A stretch of DNA of 64,000 bases from an uncultured Actinomycetota bacterium (GTDB taxonomy: Bacteria > Actinomycetota > Actinomycetes > Mycobacteriales > CADCTP01), in contig CAVYOJ010000002.1 of NCBI GenBank assembly GCA_963770145.1, positions 794,326 through 858,325 on the forward strand, read 5' to 3'. Positions 1-10,050 of the stretch are shown here, piece by piece. How positions within the stretch are numbered: the stretch's first letter is position 1; the number at the start of each line of letters is the position of its first letter. The notes beneath the pieces were generated by a model, which saw nothing but the letters and a program-made list of their open reading frames with translations, was not told where the DNA came from and made no database searches. A program made the position numbers and the translations under genes.

Positions 1-416
1 GCCGGAGATCGGCCGGGCGCGCACGGCCGCCCGCAGCAGCGCGGGGTCGATCGCCACGTCGCCGGCTGCCACCCGGTCCAGCGCCCGCAGGATCCCGGCG
101 ATGCTCTCGTCCTTGAGCACGAAGCCGGCGGCGCCGGCGGCGAGCGCGGCCTGGACCAGCAAAGGGTCGGCCCGGGCCGAGAGCATGAGCACCCGGCAGC
201 CCGTCGGCCCGCGGTGATCCGCGCCGCCGCGTCCAGCCCGCTTCCAGCCGGGAACACCACGTCGAGCAGGCATACGTCCGGGTCGTGCTCGAGCACGGCC
301 CGGTGACCGCCCTCCGGCGTCGACGCGACCGCGACCACCTCATGCCCGGCCGACTGCAGAGCCGTCCGGAACGCCTCGACCAGAAGCGTGTGATCGTCGC
401 AGAGCACGATCCGCAT
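1..416 (-). CDS. response regulator receiver domain protein (NarL/LuxR-type likely), partial, runs off window start
   Basis: Minus-strand translation from ATG 414-416 gives MRIVLCDDHTLLVEAFRTALQSAGHEVVAVAS...DVCLLDVVFP, a REC domain. After an apparent +1 shift near 210 it continues CRVLMLSARADPLLVQAALAAGAAGFVLKDES. It lies directly downstream of the kinase gene. Confidence 0.75.
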   Translation of the reverse strand, partial: MRIVLCDDHTLLVEAFRTALQSAGHEVVAVASTPEGGHRAVLEHDPDVCLLDVVFPAGSGLDAAARITAGRRAAGCSCSRPGPTLCWSRPRSPPAPPASCSRTRASPGSCGRWTGWQPATWRSTPRCCGRPCAPGRSP

Positions 417-1129
417 CAGCTGAGGCGCGGGTGTCTGACGCGAGCGGCAGGTCCAACCCGACGAGCGCGCCGCCGTCCGGGCGGTCCTGGATCATCAGCG
501 CACCGCCGCAGCTGACGGCGACATCGAGCGCGATCGCCAGGCCCCGGCCGGTATGCGCCGGCAGCTGACCGAACCCGGGGCCGTCGTCGCCGACCTCGAT
601 GCGCACCCGGTCGCCGTCACGCAGCACGCCGACGTCCACGCGACCGTCCGGGCCGGCCGCCCGGGCCGCGTTGTCGACCAGGTTGCCGACCGCGCGGCGC
701 AGGTGCAGCGGGTCGACCGCAACGGCGGCTCCGTCGCTGCCGCGGCAGCGCAGCCGGCCGGCGAAGCCCGGGGCGACGGAGACGATCACGTCGAGCACGA
801 CGGCGGTCGCGTCGGCGGGCGCGCCGCTTGCTCGGTCCGGGTCCGCGCACGCGGATCCGACCAGCGCGGTCATCAGCTCGGCCGAGTTCGGAGATCCGGC
901 GCAGCCGATCCGCAGCCTCGGCCATGCCCGGCCCGCCGTCCGACGGCAGCGGGGTCGAGGCCAGCGCGCGGATGGCGGCCAGCGGCTGGCCTAGGTCGTG
1001 CAGCAGCCTGTCGGGCGCGTTGACGGCGTGGCCCGCCCGCGCGGCCCCGGTGATCGACCGGTAAGTCAGCGGAACCACCTCGCAGCGGAGAGGGGTTTCG
1101 GTCGGGTCGACGAACAGCTGGCGCACCAC
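340..1129 (-). CDS. two-component sensor histidine kinase (short, HisKA_3-like H-box)
   Basis: ORFs 617-1279 and 340-873 join into one gene. H-box LLHDLGQPLAAIRAL is followed by HATPase_c motifs (NLVDNAARAA, DDGPGFG, GRGLAIA). There is a +1 shift near 880. The start is probably GTG 1129, because GC3 collapses upstream. The 3-prime end is either 340 or, with one more shift, TGA 416-418 overlapping the regulator ATG. Confidence 0.7.
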
Positions 1130-1259
1130 TGGTGTACCCAGTGAAGACTGATCGACCGCTCGAGAGATGACACGATCAGCGGACCCTTTTCGACTCGGAG
1201 GCCGGTTCGCGGTGGCGACTCCTCCGAGCTCGTCCCGACCCGCCCGGTACGGTTGGTAC

Positions 1260-2361
1260 GTGAGTGAGCCGGCCGTCACCGAGCGCCTTTTCCACGAGAC
1301 CGCCGCGGAGAACAGCCTGCGCGCGGCCGAGCGGCTGTCGGACGGACGCGTGGGCGCGGCTGAAGGAGCATCCGGAGAAGTTCCGGGTCCTCACCGGCGA
1401 GCGGCCGACCGGCGCGCTGCACCTCGGGCACTACTTCGGCAGCCTGCAGCGCCGGGTCGAGGTCCAGTCGTACGGGGTGCAGACCTGGCTGCTGCTGGCG
1501 GACTACCAGGCGCTCACCGACCGCGCCGGCTCGGTCGACCTGCAGGCGTCGATGGCCGACATCGTGCTCGACTACATCGCCGTCGGGCTGGACGTGCAGA
1601 GCGACCGCGGGCTGGCGTTCCGGCACAGCCAGGTGCCCGAGCTCAACCAGCTGATGCTGCCGTTCCTCTCGCTGGTCTCGGTCAGCGAGATCGAGCGCAA
1701 CCCGACGGTGAAGAGTGAGATCGAGACGCTCGGCAGCGGCCACGTGACCGGGCTGATGTTCAACTACCCGGTGCACCAGGCGGCGGACATCCTGTTCTGC
1801 CACGGCAACCTGGTGCCCGGCGGGCGCGACCAGCTGCCGCACGTGGAGATCACCCGCAAGATCGCCCGTACGTTCAACAAGACCTACAGCCCGCGCCGGC
1901 GCTACTTCCAGGAGCCGGTGCTGCTGTTCGGCGAGGCGCCGCTGCTGCTCGGCACCGACGGCAAGAAGATGGGCAAGAGCGCCCGCAACGCGGTCTTCAT
2001 CCGTGACGACGAGGCGACCACGGCGGCCGTGCTGAAGAAGGCGGTCACCGACTCCGACCCGCACATCGCGTACGACCCGGTGAACCGGCCGACCGTGGCC
2101 AACCTGCTGCTGCTCGGCGCGCTGGCGGCCGGCACGACGCCCGAGGCGGTCGCCGACGAGATCGGGCCGGGCGGCTCGGCGCGGCTCAAGGCGTACGTGA
2201 CCGAGGCGGTCAACGAGCACTTCCGGCCGATCCGGGCCCGCCGGGCCGAGCTCGCGGCCGATCCGGAGATCGTCAAGAGCGTGCTCGAACGGGGCAACGA
2301 GATCGCCCGGCAGACCGCGCGCAGGACGCTGCGCGAGGTGCACGAGCTCATGCATCTCTAA
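1260..2361 (+). CDS. trpS: tryptophan--tRNA ligase (TrpRS, Deinococcus TrpRS-II-like type)
   Basis: HIGH-type motif TGALHLGHY and KMSKS-type motif KMGKSARN in ORF 1264-2361. The N-terminus is probably GTG 1260 (VSEPAVTERLFHETAAENSLRAAERLSD) joined by a +1 shift near 1340 to DAWARLKEHPEKFRVLTGERPTG. Confidence 0.85.
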
Positions 2362-2398
2362 TGGGAACCAGATCCGATCTAGGTCCGACCTTGGGGTT

Positions 2399-3110
2399 GT
2401 GACCTCCACCGCCCGCCGGCTCGCCGTCGTATCCACGGCCGCCGGCATCGCCGTAGTCCTCGCCGCCGGACCCGCCCTCGCGCACGTCGAGGTCGAGGCC
2501 GCGCCCGCCCGCGCGCTGGCCACCGACGCGCTGCTGACGCTGACCGCCGAGGCGGAGTCCGGCACGGCCGGGATCAGCGGGCTGCGCATCCAGCTGCCGG
2601 CCGGGCTGGTGCCCGGCGACCTGCGGCTGGCCTCCGGTCCGGCCGGCTGGCGGCTGGCCGGGTCGGGCGACGTGGTGACGGTGAGCGGGCCGGCGCTGCC
2701 GGTCGGCCGGTCGCTGCGGCTGGGCATCCGGGTCCGGCAGCTGCCCGACGGCCGGCAGCTGGTGCTCAAGACCGTCCAGTCGTACGCGGACGGCAAGCAG
2801 GACGCGTGGATCGAGCTGCCCTCGGCGTCGGTGCCGGAGCCGGACCAGCCGGCGCCGATCGTGCGGTTGCAGGCGGCGGCGCCGGGGGCGACGGCGGTGC
2901 CGCGGGCCACGGCGACCACGCCGGCGCCGACCACGTCCGCGCCGCGCCGACCACGCCGCCGGGTCCCACCCCCCGTTCTTCGGGGGCTGCGCCGGCGGCG
3001 GACCCGGCGGATGATGGAGTCGGTCGCCGTGTGGATGTTCGGCGGGGTGCTGGCCGGGATCGCCGTGCTCGGTGCCATCGTGCGTGGCCGCACGCCGACG
3101 CCTGCGATGA
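2399..3110 (+). CDS. YcnI family (DUF1775) secreted/membrane-anchored copper-binding protein
   Basis: Signal peptide ...LAAGPALA is followed by mature N-terminus HVEVEA, typical of YcnI. An Ala/Pro/Thr linker leads to the TM helix VAVWMFGGVLAGIAVLGAIV. A +1 shift near 3083 gives the natural-looking end VAARRRLR-stop (TGA 3108-3110). The linker frame is uncertain. Confidence 0.7.
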
Positions 3111-3330
3111 TCTGGACGTCCACCCGCGCGGTTGGCGCGGTGGGCCGCAGGGCGGCCCGGATCGTGGGGATCCGGGCCGCCCCCTTGCCACCCCGCGCGC
3201 AGTCGGGAGCGTCCCCGGTTGTACGCGGACCGTGGGGATCCGCGCCGTCCCGCCCCTGACTTGGGCTGGTCTTTGCGATGATGGCACGAGCTTTACCAAC
3301 GCGGAAGCCGTTCCGCCGAACTCACAGCAA

Positions 3331-3415
3331 CGGCCCGGACCCCGAGGGGCCCGGGCCGCCGTGTTCAGCCGAGCGACTGCCTGGTGGCGGCCCGGACCCC
3401 GAGGGCCGGGCCGCC
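3331..3415. repeat. two tandem copies of a GC-rich palindromic element (terminator-like hairpins) between convergent genes
   Basis: Copy 1 at 3331-3360 is CGGCCCGGACCCCGAGGGGCCCGGGCCGCC. Copy 2 at 3387-3415 is GGCGGCCCGGACCCCGAGGGCCGGGCCGCC. Each can fold into an 8-10 bp GC stem. They lie between the YcnI stop and the M28 stop. Confidence 0.6.
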
Positions 3416-3420
3416 CTGGG

Positions 3421-5016
3421 TCAGGCTGCTTGCGTGGCTGGGCTGGCCGTGCTGAGCGCGGTCGTGCGAGCAGCCGCGGTCCGCGCGGCCTTCGCCTTCG
3501 CCGCCGCCGCCTTCGCCTTCGCCCCGGTGGCGCCGACGCCGTTGATGTCGCTGGTGTCCAGCGCGTACCGGCCCACCGCGAACGCGACCGCGTCCGCGTT
3601 CTTGTCCAGGATCGGCCGGTTGACGTTGCCGAGGGTGTCACAGGCCTGGTGGTAGCAGGGGTCGAACGCGATCCCCGCCGTGCCGCCCCACTTCGCCTGC
3701 TGCTCGGCCGTCTTCGGCACCTCGGCCCCGGTGAAGATGCCACCGGACGGGATGCCGACCGCGATGAACGGCCCGTAGTCCGAGCGCCCGTCGAAGTCGG
3801 TGCCCTCGGTCGGGACGCCCTTGCGCGTCTGGACGTACCCGCTGATCAGCGCCTCGATCTGGGCCGAGCCGAACGGCCCCGGCCCGGCGCCCTCGCCGTC
3901 GGAGTCGTCGCCGTCGTAGATGAACTCGCCCCAGTTCGGCGAGCCGATCATGTCGAAGTTCAGGTACAGCGCGATGTCGAGCTGCTGCTCGAAGCTCAGC
4001 TGCTCGACGTAGAAGGTCGAGCCGAGGAGGTTGCCCTCCTCGCCGCCCCAGAAGGCCAGCCGCACCTTGTTCTTCACCCGCTCGTCGCCGAGCTTGAGAC
4101 CGAGCTCGAGCAGCGCTGCCGAGCCGGAGCCGTTGTCGTTGATGCCGGGGCCCTCGGTCACGCTGTCGAGATGCGCCCCGGCGAAGACCACGTTGTCGGC
4201 GCGGCCGCCCGGCGTCTCGGCGATGACGTTGCGTGTCGTCCGGGTCTCGGAGAGCGTCTGCGTCTCGACCCGAGCGGTCACCGGACCGGCCGCGGCGAGC
4301 TCGGCGAAGTGCACGCCTTCCGCATACGAGATGCCGACCACCGGCACGGTGACAGGGCCACCGAGACCACCGGCGAAGGGCTCGGTGCGGCCCGGCTGGC
4401 CCTCGTTGAAGATGACGACGGCGATCGCGCCGGCGGCCGTCGCGTTGGCGACCTTGTCCGCGAACAGGCAGGTGCCGCGTTGGACGAGCGCGATGTTGCC
4501 GGCGGTGAAGCCGGCAAAGTCGGCCGCTTCGCAGCCGCTCGTCGAGGACGGTTCAGGTGTCGCCGGGATGGTCAGGTCGACGGGCTGCACCAGGCCGGTG
4601 ACCTCACCGGCGGCGGAGAACTGGTAGGTCACGACCTCCTCGCCGGGGACGAACACCTTGGGGTCCGGGGAGATCCGATCCAGCTCCGGCGGCGCGAGCT
4701 CCTGGAAGAACGGGAACTCGAATTCCTGGTCGGTCACGTTCCAGCCGGCCGCGGCCAGCTTGTCGTGCACGTACGTTGCGGACGCGTCGAAGCCCGGGGT
4801 GCCGGACGCGCGGGTGCCGCCGTTCTGGTCGGCGATCCGCTGGAGCGCGATCAGGTGCCGGTTGACGCCCCCGACCGTCACCTCGCGGGCCAGCTTGTTG
4901 CCGAGCCGCTCGGTGTTCGGGGCCGCGCTGGCCGGTGCGGCGGTGAGCACCACCGAGCCGGCGACGGCGAGCGCGAGCACGGTGGCCGCGCGCGAGCGGG
5001 CGGTTGGTAGTCGCAT
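3421..5016 (-). CDS. M28 family aminopeptidase with PA (protease-associated) domain, secreted
   Basis: Intact 531-aa ORF with signal peptide ...[11 protein letters not shown]-domain segment NIALVQRGTCLFADKVANATAAGAIAVVIFN. M28 zinc-site motifs FAGAHLDSV and GINDNGSGSAALLELG. Confidence 0.9.
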   Translation of the reverse strand: MRLPTARSRAATVLALAVAGSVVLTAAPASAAPNTERLGNKLAREVTVGGVNRHLIALQRIADQNGGTRASGTPGFDASATYVHDKLAAAGWNVTDQEFEFPFFQELAPPELDRISPDPKVFVPGEEVVTYQFSAAGEVTGLVQPVDLTIPATPEPSSTSGCEAADFAGFTAGNIALVQRGTCLFADKVANATAAGAIAVVIFNEGQPGRTEPFAGGLGGPVTVPVVGISYAEGVHFAELAAAGPVTARVETQTLSETRTTRNVIAETPGGRADNVVFAGAHLDSVTEGPGINDNGSGSAALLELGLKLGDERVKNKVRLAFWGGEEGNLLGSTFYVEQLSFEQQLDIALYLNFDMIGSPNWGEFIYDGDDSDGEGAGPGPFGSAQIEALISGYVQTRKGVPTEGTDFDGRSDYGPFIAVGIPSGGIFTGAEVPKTAEQQAKWGGTAGIAFDPCYHQACDTLGNVNRPILDKNADAVAFAVGRYALDTSDINGVGATGAKAKAAAAKAKAARTAAARTTALSTASPATQAA

Positions 5017-5129
5017 GGAACCCCCTCCTGGACCGGGCCGCCGTTGGTCCGATCTTGGAGGATCCTGGCACGACCTTTGCCATTCCGAAAAGTGAGTGCT
5101 GCTGCTGTATCGGTAGCCAATGGACCGGA

Positions 5130-5157
5130 CGGCCCGGACCGTAGTCGGTCCGGGCCG
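5130..5157. terminator. GC-rich hairpin, same sequence family as the 3331-3415 elements
   Basis: CGGCCCGGACCG-TAGT-CGGTCCGGGCCG forms a 12-bp stem with a 4-nt loop. It lies downstream of the PspC gene stop (5177) and upstream of the M28 start (5016). No U-tract. Confidence 0.5.
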
Positions 5158-5176
5158 CCCGTTGGGGGTTGGTGGC

Positions 5177-5452
5177 TCAGGCTGTCGTCGGGGTCGGCGG
5201 CACCGGCGGCATCGGCGGTGCCGTCGGGGTCTGCCCGACCGTCTGCTCCGACGGCATCAGGATCCAGAGCAGGGGATAGATCAGGATCTGGCTGCCCGGG
5301 ATGATGAGCAGGATCAGCACGAACAGCAGCCGGGCGGGCCAGGGGTCGATGCCGAAGCGGCGGCCGAGGCCGGCGATGACGCCACCCAGCACACGACCGT
5401 CCCGCGGTCGCACCAGACCCTGGTCGGCGAAACGGGCGTGGATCTCGTTCAC
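5177..5452 (-). CDS. PspC domain-containing membrane protein
   Basis: 91-aa ORF. LVRPRDGRVLGGVIAGLGRRFGIDPWPARLLFVLILLI is the canonical PspC domain, followed by a Pro-rich tail. Confidence 0.85.
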   Translation of the reverse strand: MNEIHARFADQGLVRPRDGRVLGGVIAGLGRRFGIDPWPARLLFVLILLIIPGSQILIYPLLWILMPSEQTVGQTPTAPPMPPVPPTPTTA

Positions 5453-5607
5453 GGTCTTCCCTTCCTTCTGTCGTTGACGGGACCCACTCTGCGCCGCGGA
5501 CCGACCCTCGCCACATCGGGGACAGCCCCGACCCGGACCCGGATTCCTCGGCTCAGGGTGGTGTGACCGGCAGCGCTTTTGTCGGTGCCGGGCGGGACCA
5601 TGCGGGC

Positions 5608-6105
5608 ATGGCGCGCTGGGCGGATTTCGAGAAGGACGCGCCGGAGTTCGCGGCCCGGGTCAGGGCCGTGCTCGACCGGCACAAGCACAAGACGATGGCG
5701 ACGCTGCGGCGGACCGGGGCGCCGCGGATCAGCGGGGCGGAGATCCACTTCGCCGGCGGCGACGTGTTCACCGGGTCGATGCCGGGCGCGGTCAAGGGGG
5801 CCGACCTGCGCCGCGACCCGCGGGTGGCGTTCCACTCCCAGTCCGAGGACGCCGACGAGAGCGACCCGGAGTCCTGGCCGGGCGACGCGAAGTTCTCCGG
5901 CCGGGCGATCCTGGTCACCGAGCCGGAGGAGCACGCGGCGTTCTGGGCGGCGTACGGGGGACCGGAGCCGCCCGGCGGCCCGGACTCCTCGGACCTGTTC
6001 CGGATCGACGTCGAGGACGTCGTGCTGGTGACGATCGAGCTGCCGAACATGGTGGTCGAGTCCTGGCACGAGCGCGCCGGCTACCGGCGCCGCCTGCGCA
6101 CCTGA
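5608..6105 (+). CDS. pyridoxamine 5-prime-phosphate oxidase family (FMN/F420-binding split-barrel) protein
   Basis: ORF 5563-6105. MARWADFEKDAPEFAARVRAVLDRHKHKTMATLRRTGAPRISG is the typical PNPOx-like N-terminus. ATG 5608 is preferred over GTG 5563. Confidence 0.8.
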   Translation: MARWADFEKDAPEFAARVRAVLDRHKHKTMATLRRTGAPRISGAEIHFAGGDVFTGSMPGAVKGADLRRDPRVAFHSQSEDADESDPESWPGDAKFSGRAILVTEPEEHAAFWAAYGGPEPPGGPDSSDLFRIDVEDVVLVTIELPNMVVESWHERAGYRRRLRT

Positions 6106-7133
6106 GCCTGCCGCCGGCAGCGCAGCGGGTGTGCGCTCGGCGCGGCTAGGGCGGCGTCCGCGGCCCGCCTCGCCGCGGCCGGTGCGGGCGATCTCGGGCC
6201 AGTCGGTGCGGGCCTGTTCGGCCACCTCCCGGTGCCGGCCGACCGGCAGGTCCGGGTCGTCCGGCGGTGCGACGCCGAGCCGCTCGGCCAGCGCGATCGC
6301 GTCGAACGGCGCGCGCACCTTGACGTCGTTGTCGAAGTAGACGACGACGTCCCGGGGCTGGCGCGGGGCCGGCGGGGCCAGCACGGTCCCGTCGGTCGGG
6401 GTGCCGCCGGCGCGCCCAGGTGCGGATCCGGGCCGCCCACCGGTCCAGCGCCGGCGGGTCGTACCCGCTGACGTAGAGCTCCTGCGTCGCCGTGCAGCCG
6501 GACGTAGACGTGGTCGGAGGTGACGTCGAGCAGCGCCGGCCACTTCCCGGCGGTGTCGGCGACGACGAGCGCGACGTCGTGCGCCCGCAGCAGCTCGACG
6601 AAGCCGGCCGTCGCGAACGAGCCGTGCCGCACCTCCAGCGCGTGCCGCAGCGGCCGGTCGTCGGCGGCGGTGAGCAGCGCCCGGCCGTCCATCCGCTCGT
6701 CGTGCCGGGCGGCCAGCGCGGCGGCGGCGCCGGTGCTGCGCGGCAGCTGCGCGAAGAACCCGGCCAGCCGCTCCGGGTCGTAGCCGAGGGTCGGCGGCAG
6801 CTGCCAGAGCACCGGGCCGAGCTTGGCCCCGAGCGCCAGCACGCCGGAGGCGAAGAAGTTGGCCAGCGGCGCCTCGACCCCGGCCAGCTTCTTCATGTGC
6901 GTGACGAACCGCGGCCCCTTCACCGAGAACACGAACTCCGCCGGCGTCTCCGCCGCCCATCGCGCGTACGACTCCGGGCGCTGCAGCGAGTAGAACGAGC
7001 CGTTGATCTCGATGGTCCGCAGCCGGCGGGAGGCATACTCCAGCTCCCTGCGCTGCGGCAGGCCGGGCGGGTAGAAGACGCCGCGCCAGGGCGGATACCG
7101 CCAGCCGGAGATGCCGGTTCGGACGTCGCTCAC
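6081..7133 (-). CDS. DUF72 domain-containing protein
   Basis: N-terminus GISGWRYPPWRGVFYPPGLPQRRELEYASRRLRTIEINGSFYSLQRP is the DUF72 hallmark. Two +1 shifts near 6480 and 6420 link VRLHGD to ATQELYVSGYDPPALDRWAARIRTWA and then to VVVYFDNDVKVRAPFDAIALAERLG. The C-terminus is uncertain. Confidence 0.75.
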   Translation of the reverse strand: MSDVRTGISGWRYPPWRGVFYPPGLPQRRELEYASRRLRTIEINGSFYSLQRPESYARWAAETPAEFVFSVKGPRFVTHMKKLAGVEAPLANFFASGVLALGAKLGPVLWQLPPTLGYDPERLAGFFAQLPRSTGAAAALAARHDERMDGRALLTAADDRPLRHALEVRHGSFATAGFVELLRAHDVALVVADTAGKWPALLDVTSDHVYVRLHGDAGALRQRVRPAGAGPVGGPDPHLGAPAAPRPTGPCWPRRPRASPGTSSSTSTTTSRCARRSTRSRWPSGSASHRRTTRTCRSAGTGRWPNRPAPTGPRSPAPAAARRAADAALAAPSAHPLRCRRQAQVRRRRR

Positions 7134-7157
7134 GCCGTGCTGACTACCACGCGGAGG

Positions 7158-8617
7158 TCACTGCCACGCATGCCGCAGCTGCCGCGGCAGCGCGAACACC
7201 AGCGCCAGCGCGACCAGCACCAGCCCGACGCTGGCCAGCGTGGCCAGCTCGGCGCTGTGTACGAAGGCGCGCGCGACGTCCTGCGGCCCAGCGACCTGCA
7301 GCGTGCCGAACAGGATCGCGCCGATCGCCGCGATGCCGATGGCCGAGCCGACCCGCTGCCCGGTGTTGAGTACGCCGCTGGCCGCGCCGGCGTCCCGCGG
7401 CGGCACCGCGGAGAGCACGAAGTCGATGTTCGGCGCGATGAACAACCCGTTGCCCAGGCCCGCGACGGCCAGCGGCAGCGCGATCTGCCAGCCGGCCGGG
7501 TCCGGACCGGTCGCCTCCAGCACGAGCAGCAGGGCGAGCAGCCCGGCGGCGACCATCGCGCAGCCGATCACCAGCACGGTCCGGCCGAGCCGGGCCGAGA
7601 ACCGGTCCGACAGCGCCGCGGTGATCAGCGACCCGGCCGGGAACGGCAGCGTGACCAGGCCGGCGGACAGCGCGCTGTGCCCGAGCCCGACCTGCCAGAG
7701 GATCGACAGCGTGAAGAACACGCTGGTGAAGCCGGCGAAGTAGACCAGCGCGAGCACGGTGCCGGCGGCGAACGCGCGGTCCCGGACCAGGTGCGGGGGA
7801 ATCAGCGGATCGCCGCCGCGCCGCTCCAGCCGGACCAGCCACCAGCCCAGCGCGACCAGCAGCAGCACCGACAGGGCCAGGCACCCGTACGTCCAGGCCG
7901 GCCAGCCCCGCCGCTGCCCCTCGATGAGCGGCACCAGCAGCGCGATCAGCGCGGCCGACAGCAGCGCCACGCCGACCGGGTCGACCCGCTGCCGGTCCCG
8001 GTGGGTGGCGTCCCGCGGCAGCAGCGCGGCCGCGAGCGGCACGGCGACCAGCCCGATCGGCACGTTGACCAGGAAGACCCAGCGCCAGCCGTGCTCCACC
8101 CCGGCGGCCTGGATGAGCAGCCCGCCGGCCAGCGGGCCGAGCGCGGTGGACAGCCCGATGACCGCGCCGAGCGCGCCGAACGCCCGGCCCCGGGCGGGTC
8201 CCGCGTACAGCAGCTGGATGAGCGCGGCGATGGCCGGGAAGAACGCGCCGGCGCCGAGACCCTGCACGACCCGGCCGGCGATCAGCTGCCCGGGATTCTG
8301 GGCCAGCCCGCAGGCCAGGCTGGCCAGCGTGAACAGGGTCAGGCCGGCGACGTACATCCGGTGGTGGCCGATCCGGTCGCCGATCCGGCCGGCCGGGATC
8401 AGGGTCAGCCCGAGCGCGAGCATGTAGCCCGAGACCACCCACTCCAGCTGGCTCGGGCCGGCGCCGAGGCCGCTCTGCACGCTCGGGCAGCGCGACGTTG
8501 ACGATCGTCGTGTCGAGCAGCGCCATGAACGCACCGACCAGCAGCAGCGCCAGGCTGCGGCCGGCGGCGGGGCGGACCCCCGGCCGCGCCGGCGACGGTG
8601 ACCTGCTGGGTGCTCAC
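7158..8617 (-). CDS. MFS transporter, DHA2 (EmrB/QacA, 14-TMS) family
   Basis: ORF 7158-8819 shows typical DHA2 motifs (GRIGDRIGHHRMY, LVNVPIGL). GTG start 8617 overlaps the PadR stop as GTGA. +1 shifts near 8578 and 8485 restore LALLLVGAFMALLDTTIVNVALPSVQSGLG. Confidence 0.85.
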
Positions 8618-9192
8618 TGATCCTCCAGGGGCAGACGGCGGCGCTTCTCGAAGTCGGCGACGATCTCGGGCAGCGCGTCGAGAACGTCCTCGTGCCAGCC
8701 GATCTCCGCGTCCAGCCGGGCCAGCAGGTGGCCGAGCACCTTCCGCTCGGCCACCGACAGGTACGGGTCGGCGTGCTCGCGCTGGTGCTGGAGTGAACTG
8801 CGCTGGGTCTGCAACGCATCCCGGCGGTCGGTGATCGCGGTGCGCAGCCGGCTCGGGTCGGCCAGGTCGCCGCCCGCGAGGGCCAGGTCGAACGGGTCGG
8901 TCGGGAAGACGACCGTGCGCAGCGCCTGGTCCTGCAGCGCCTCCAGCGCCGCTCGGCCGTCCGCGGTGATCTCGTAGACGGTGCGCTCCGGGTAGGCCCC
9001 CGCGCGCTCGCTGGCGGTGGCGGCGATCAGGCCCTCGCCGGCCAGCCGCTTGAGCACGCCGTAGAGCGCCCCGGGGCGTACGTCCGTCCACAGGTCGAGC
9101 CGGTCCTGCTGGGCGGCCAACCGCATCCGGTGGCCGTGCATGGGGCCGTGGCGCTCGAGCAGCATGAGCACGTACAGGCGGCTGGACGACAT
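8614..9192 (-). CDS. PadR family transcriptional regulator
   Basis: Intact 192-aa ORF. SRLYVLMLLERHGPMHGHRM...LYGVLKRLAGEGLI...YEITADGRAAL is a PadR winged helix followed by a C-terminal dimerisation domain. It is translationally coupled to the MFS gene. Confidence 0.9.
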   Translation of the reverse strand: MSSSRLYVLMLLERHGPMHGHRMRLAAQQDRLDLWTDVRPGALYGVLKRLAGEGLIAATASERAGAYPERTVYEITADGRAALEALQDQALRTVVFPTDPFDLALAGGDLADPSRLRTAITDRRDALQTQRSSLQHQREHADPYLSVAERKVLGHLLARLDAEIGWHEDVLDALPEIVADFEKRRRLPLEDQ

Positions 9193-9196
9193 GCGG

Positions 9197-9214
9197 CTAC
9201 TCTCGCGTGAGTAG
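9197..9214. promoter_or_regulatory. inverted repeat CTACTC-N6-GAGTAG just upstream of the PadR start (possible operator)
   Basis: A perfect 6-bp inverted repeat lies 5-22 nt upstream of ATG 9192. It does not match the classical PadR ATGT-N8-ACAT box, so function is speculative. Confidence 0.3.
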
Positions 9215-9228
9215 TCGCAGCTGTCAAG

Positions 9229-10033
9229 TCAGCGGTGGGCGATGGCGAGCACGTGCGGACTGGCGCCGAGCAGGGAGGGCTCGGTCTCGATCCGGTCGAG
9301 CTGGCGCAGCAGCCAGCTCCCGCCGCGCCGGGTCGTCCATCCACTCGTCCGGGTCCTCGATCAGGACGCCAGGACCCTCGACGGCGTGGAGCGTGACCGG
9401 CGCGAAGCCGGCCGCGCCGACCTCGGCCGCGAGCTCCTCGGGGCGGGCAACGTGCGCGGTCGTGAAGCGGTGCGGCAGCGCCTCCGGGTTGCGGTGGGTG
9501 CCGGTGTGCAGTCCGGACTCGACGACCCCGGGGTGGTCGCAGGCCCAGCCGTGCCGCAGGCCCTCGATGAAGCTGGCGAACCGGCTGATCGCGACCGCGG
9601 CCAGGACGCCGCCCGGCCGGAGCACCCGCCGTGCCTCGGTGAGGGCGGCGATCCGCTCGTCGGCCTCGAGCAGGTGGTAGAGCGGGCCGAGCAGCAGCAC
9701 GGCGTCGGCGCTCGCGTCCGGGAAGGCGAGCTCGCGGGCGTCGCCGACCTCGGCCGAGGCGAGCCTGGTCTCGGCCGCCGCGGCCGCCTGCCGGGCCTGC
9801 GTGACGTGCAGCGGCATCGCGTCGACCAGGTGGACGTCGTGGCCGGCCAGCGCGAGCGGGATCGCGTACGCGCCCGGGCCGCCGCCGACGTCGACGACCG
9901 TGGCCGGCGGGTCGGGCAGGTGGCGCTGCAGCAGGATCCAGGTCCGGGCCCACTCCAGCCGGCCGGCCCGGGCGGTCAGCCGGTCCTGCTCGTCGCCGCA
10001 CTCGTAGTACGCGACGACCTCGGGCGACAGCAT
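9229..10033 (-). CDS. class I SAM-dependent methyltransferase
   Basis: Motif I VVDVGGGPGAYAIPLA, plus LLLGPLYHL and RVLRPGGVLA. A +1 shift near 9313 (extra G in GAGCTGGCTGCTG) restores RRELLLRQLDRIETEPSLLGASPHVLAIAHR-stop at 9229. Confidence 0.85.
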
Positions 10034-10050
10034 GCATCGACGGTAGGCCG

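Noticed and set aside
1130-1259. Leader or attenuator (T-box or Trp-codon leader peptide) upstream of trpS. A CTCGGAGG ... CCTCCGAG hairpin lies at about 1193-1228.
   Set aside because: There is no T-box consensus (AGAGA, the AGUGGUACCGCG-like T-box sequence), and only a single Trp codon occurs in the upstream frame. The region may simply be the divergent promoter between the kinase gene and trpS.
1276-3123. Very long ORFs antisense to, or out of frame with, real genes. Examples: 1276-3123(-), 2806-5010(+), 5449-6960(-), 6492-8501(+), the upper part of 12390-14687(-), 16237-17811(-), 33651-36278(-), 47312-50779(+), 48333-51353(-), 51978-55433(-), and 56520-59447(+) beyond the TetR part.
   Set aside because: They translate to Arg/Ala/Pro/Gly-rich low-complexity strings with no recognisable domains and overlap genes with clear motifs. 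They are the expected stop-codon-poor shadow frames of 72% GC DNA.
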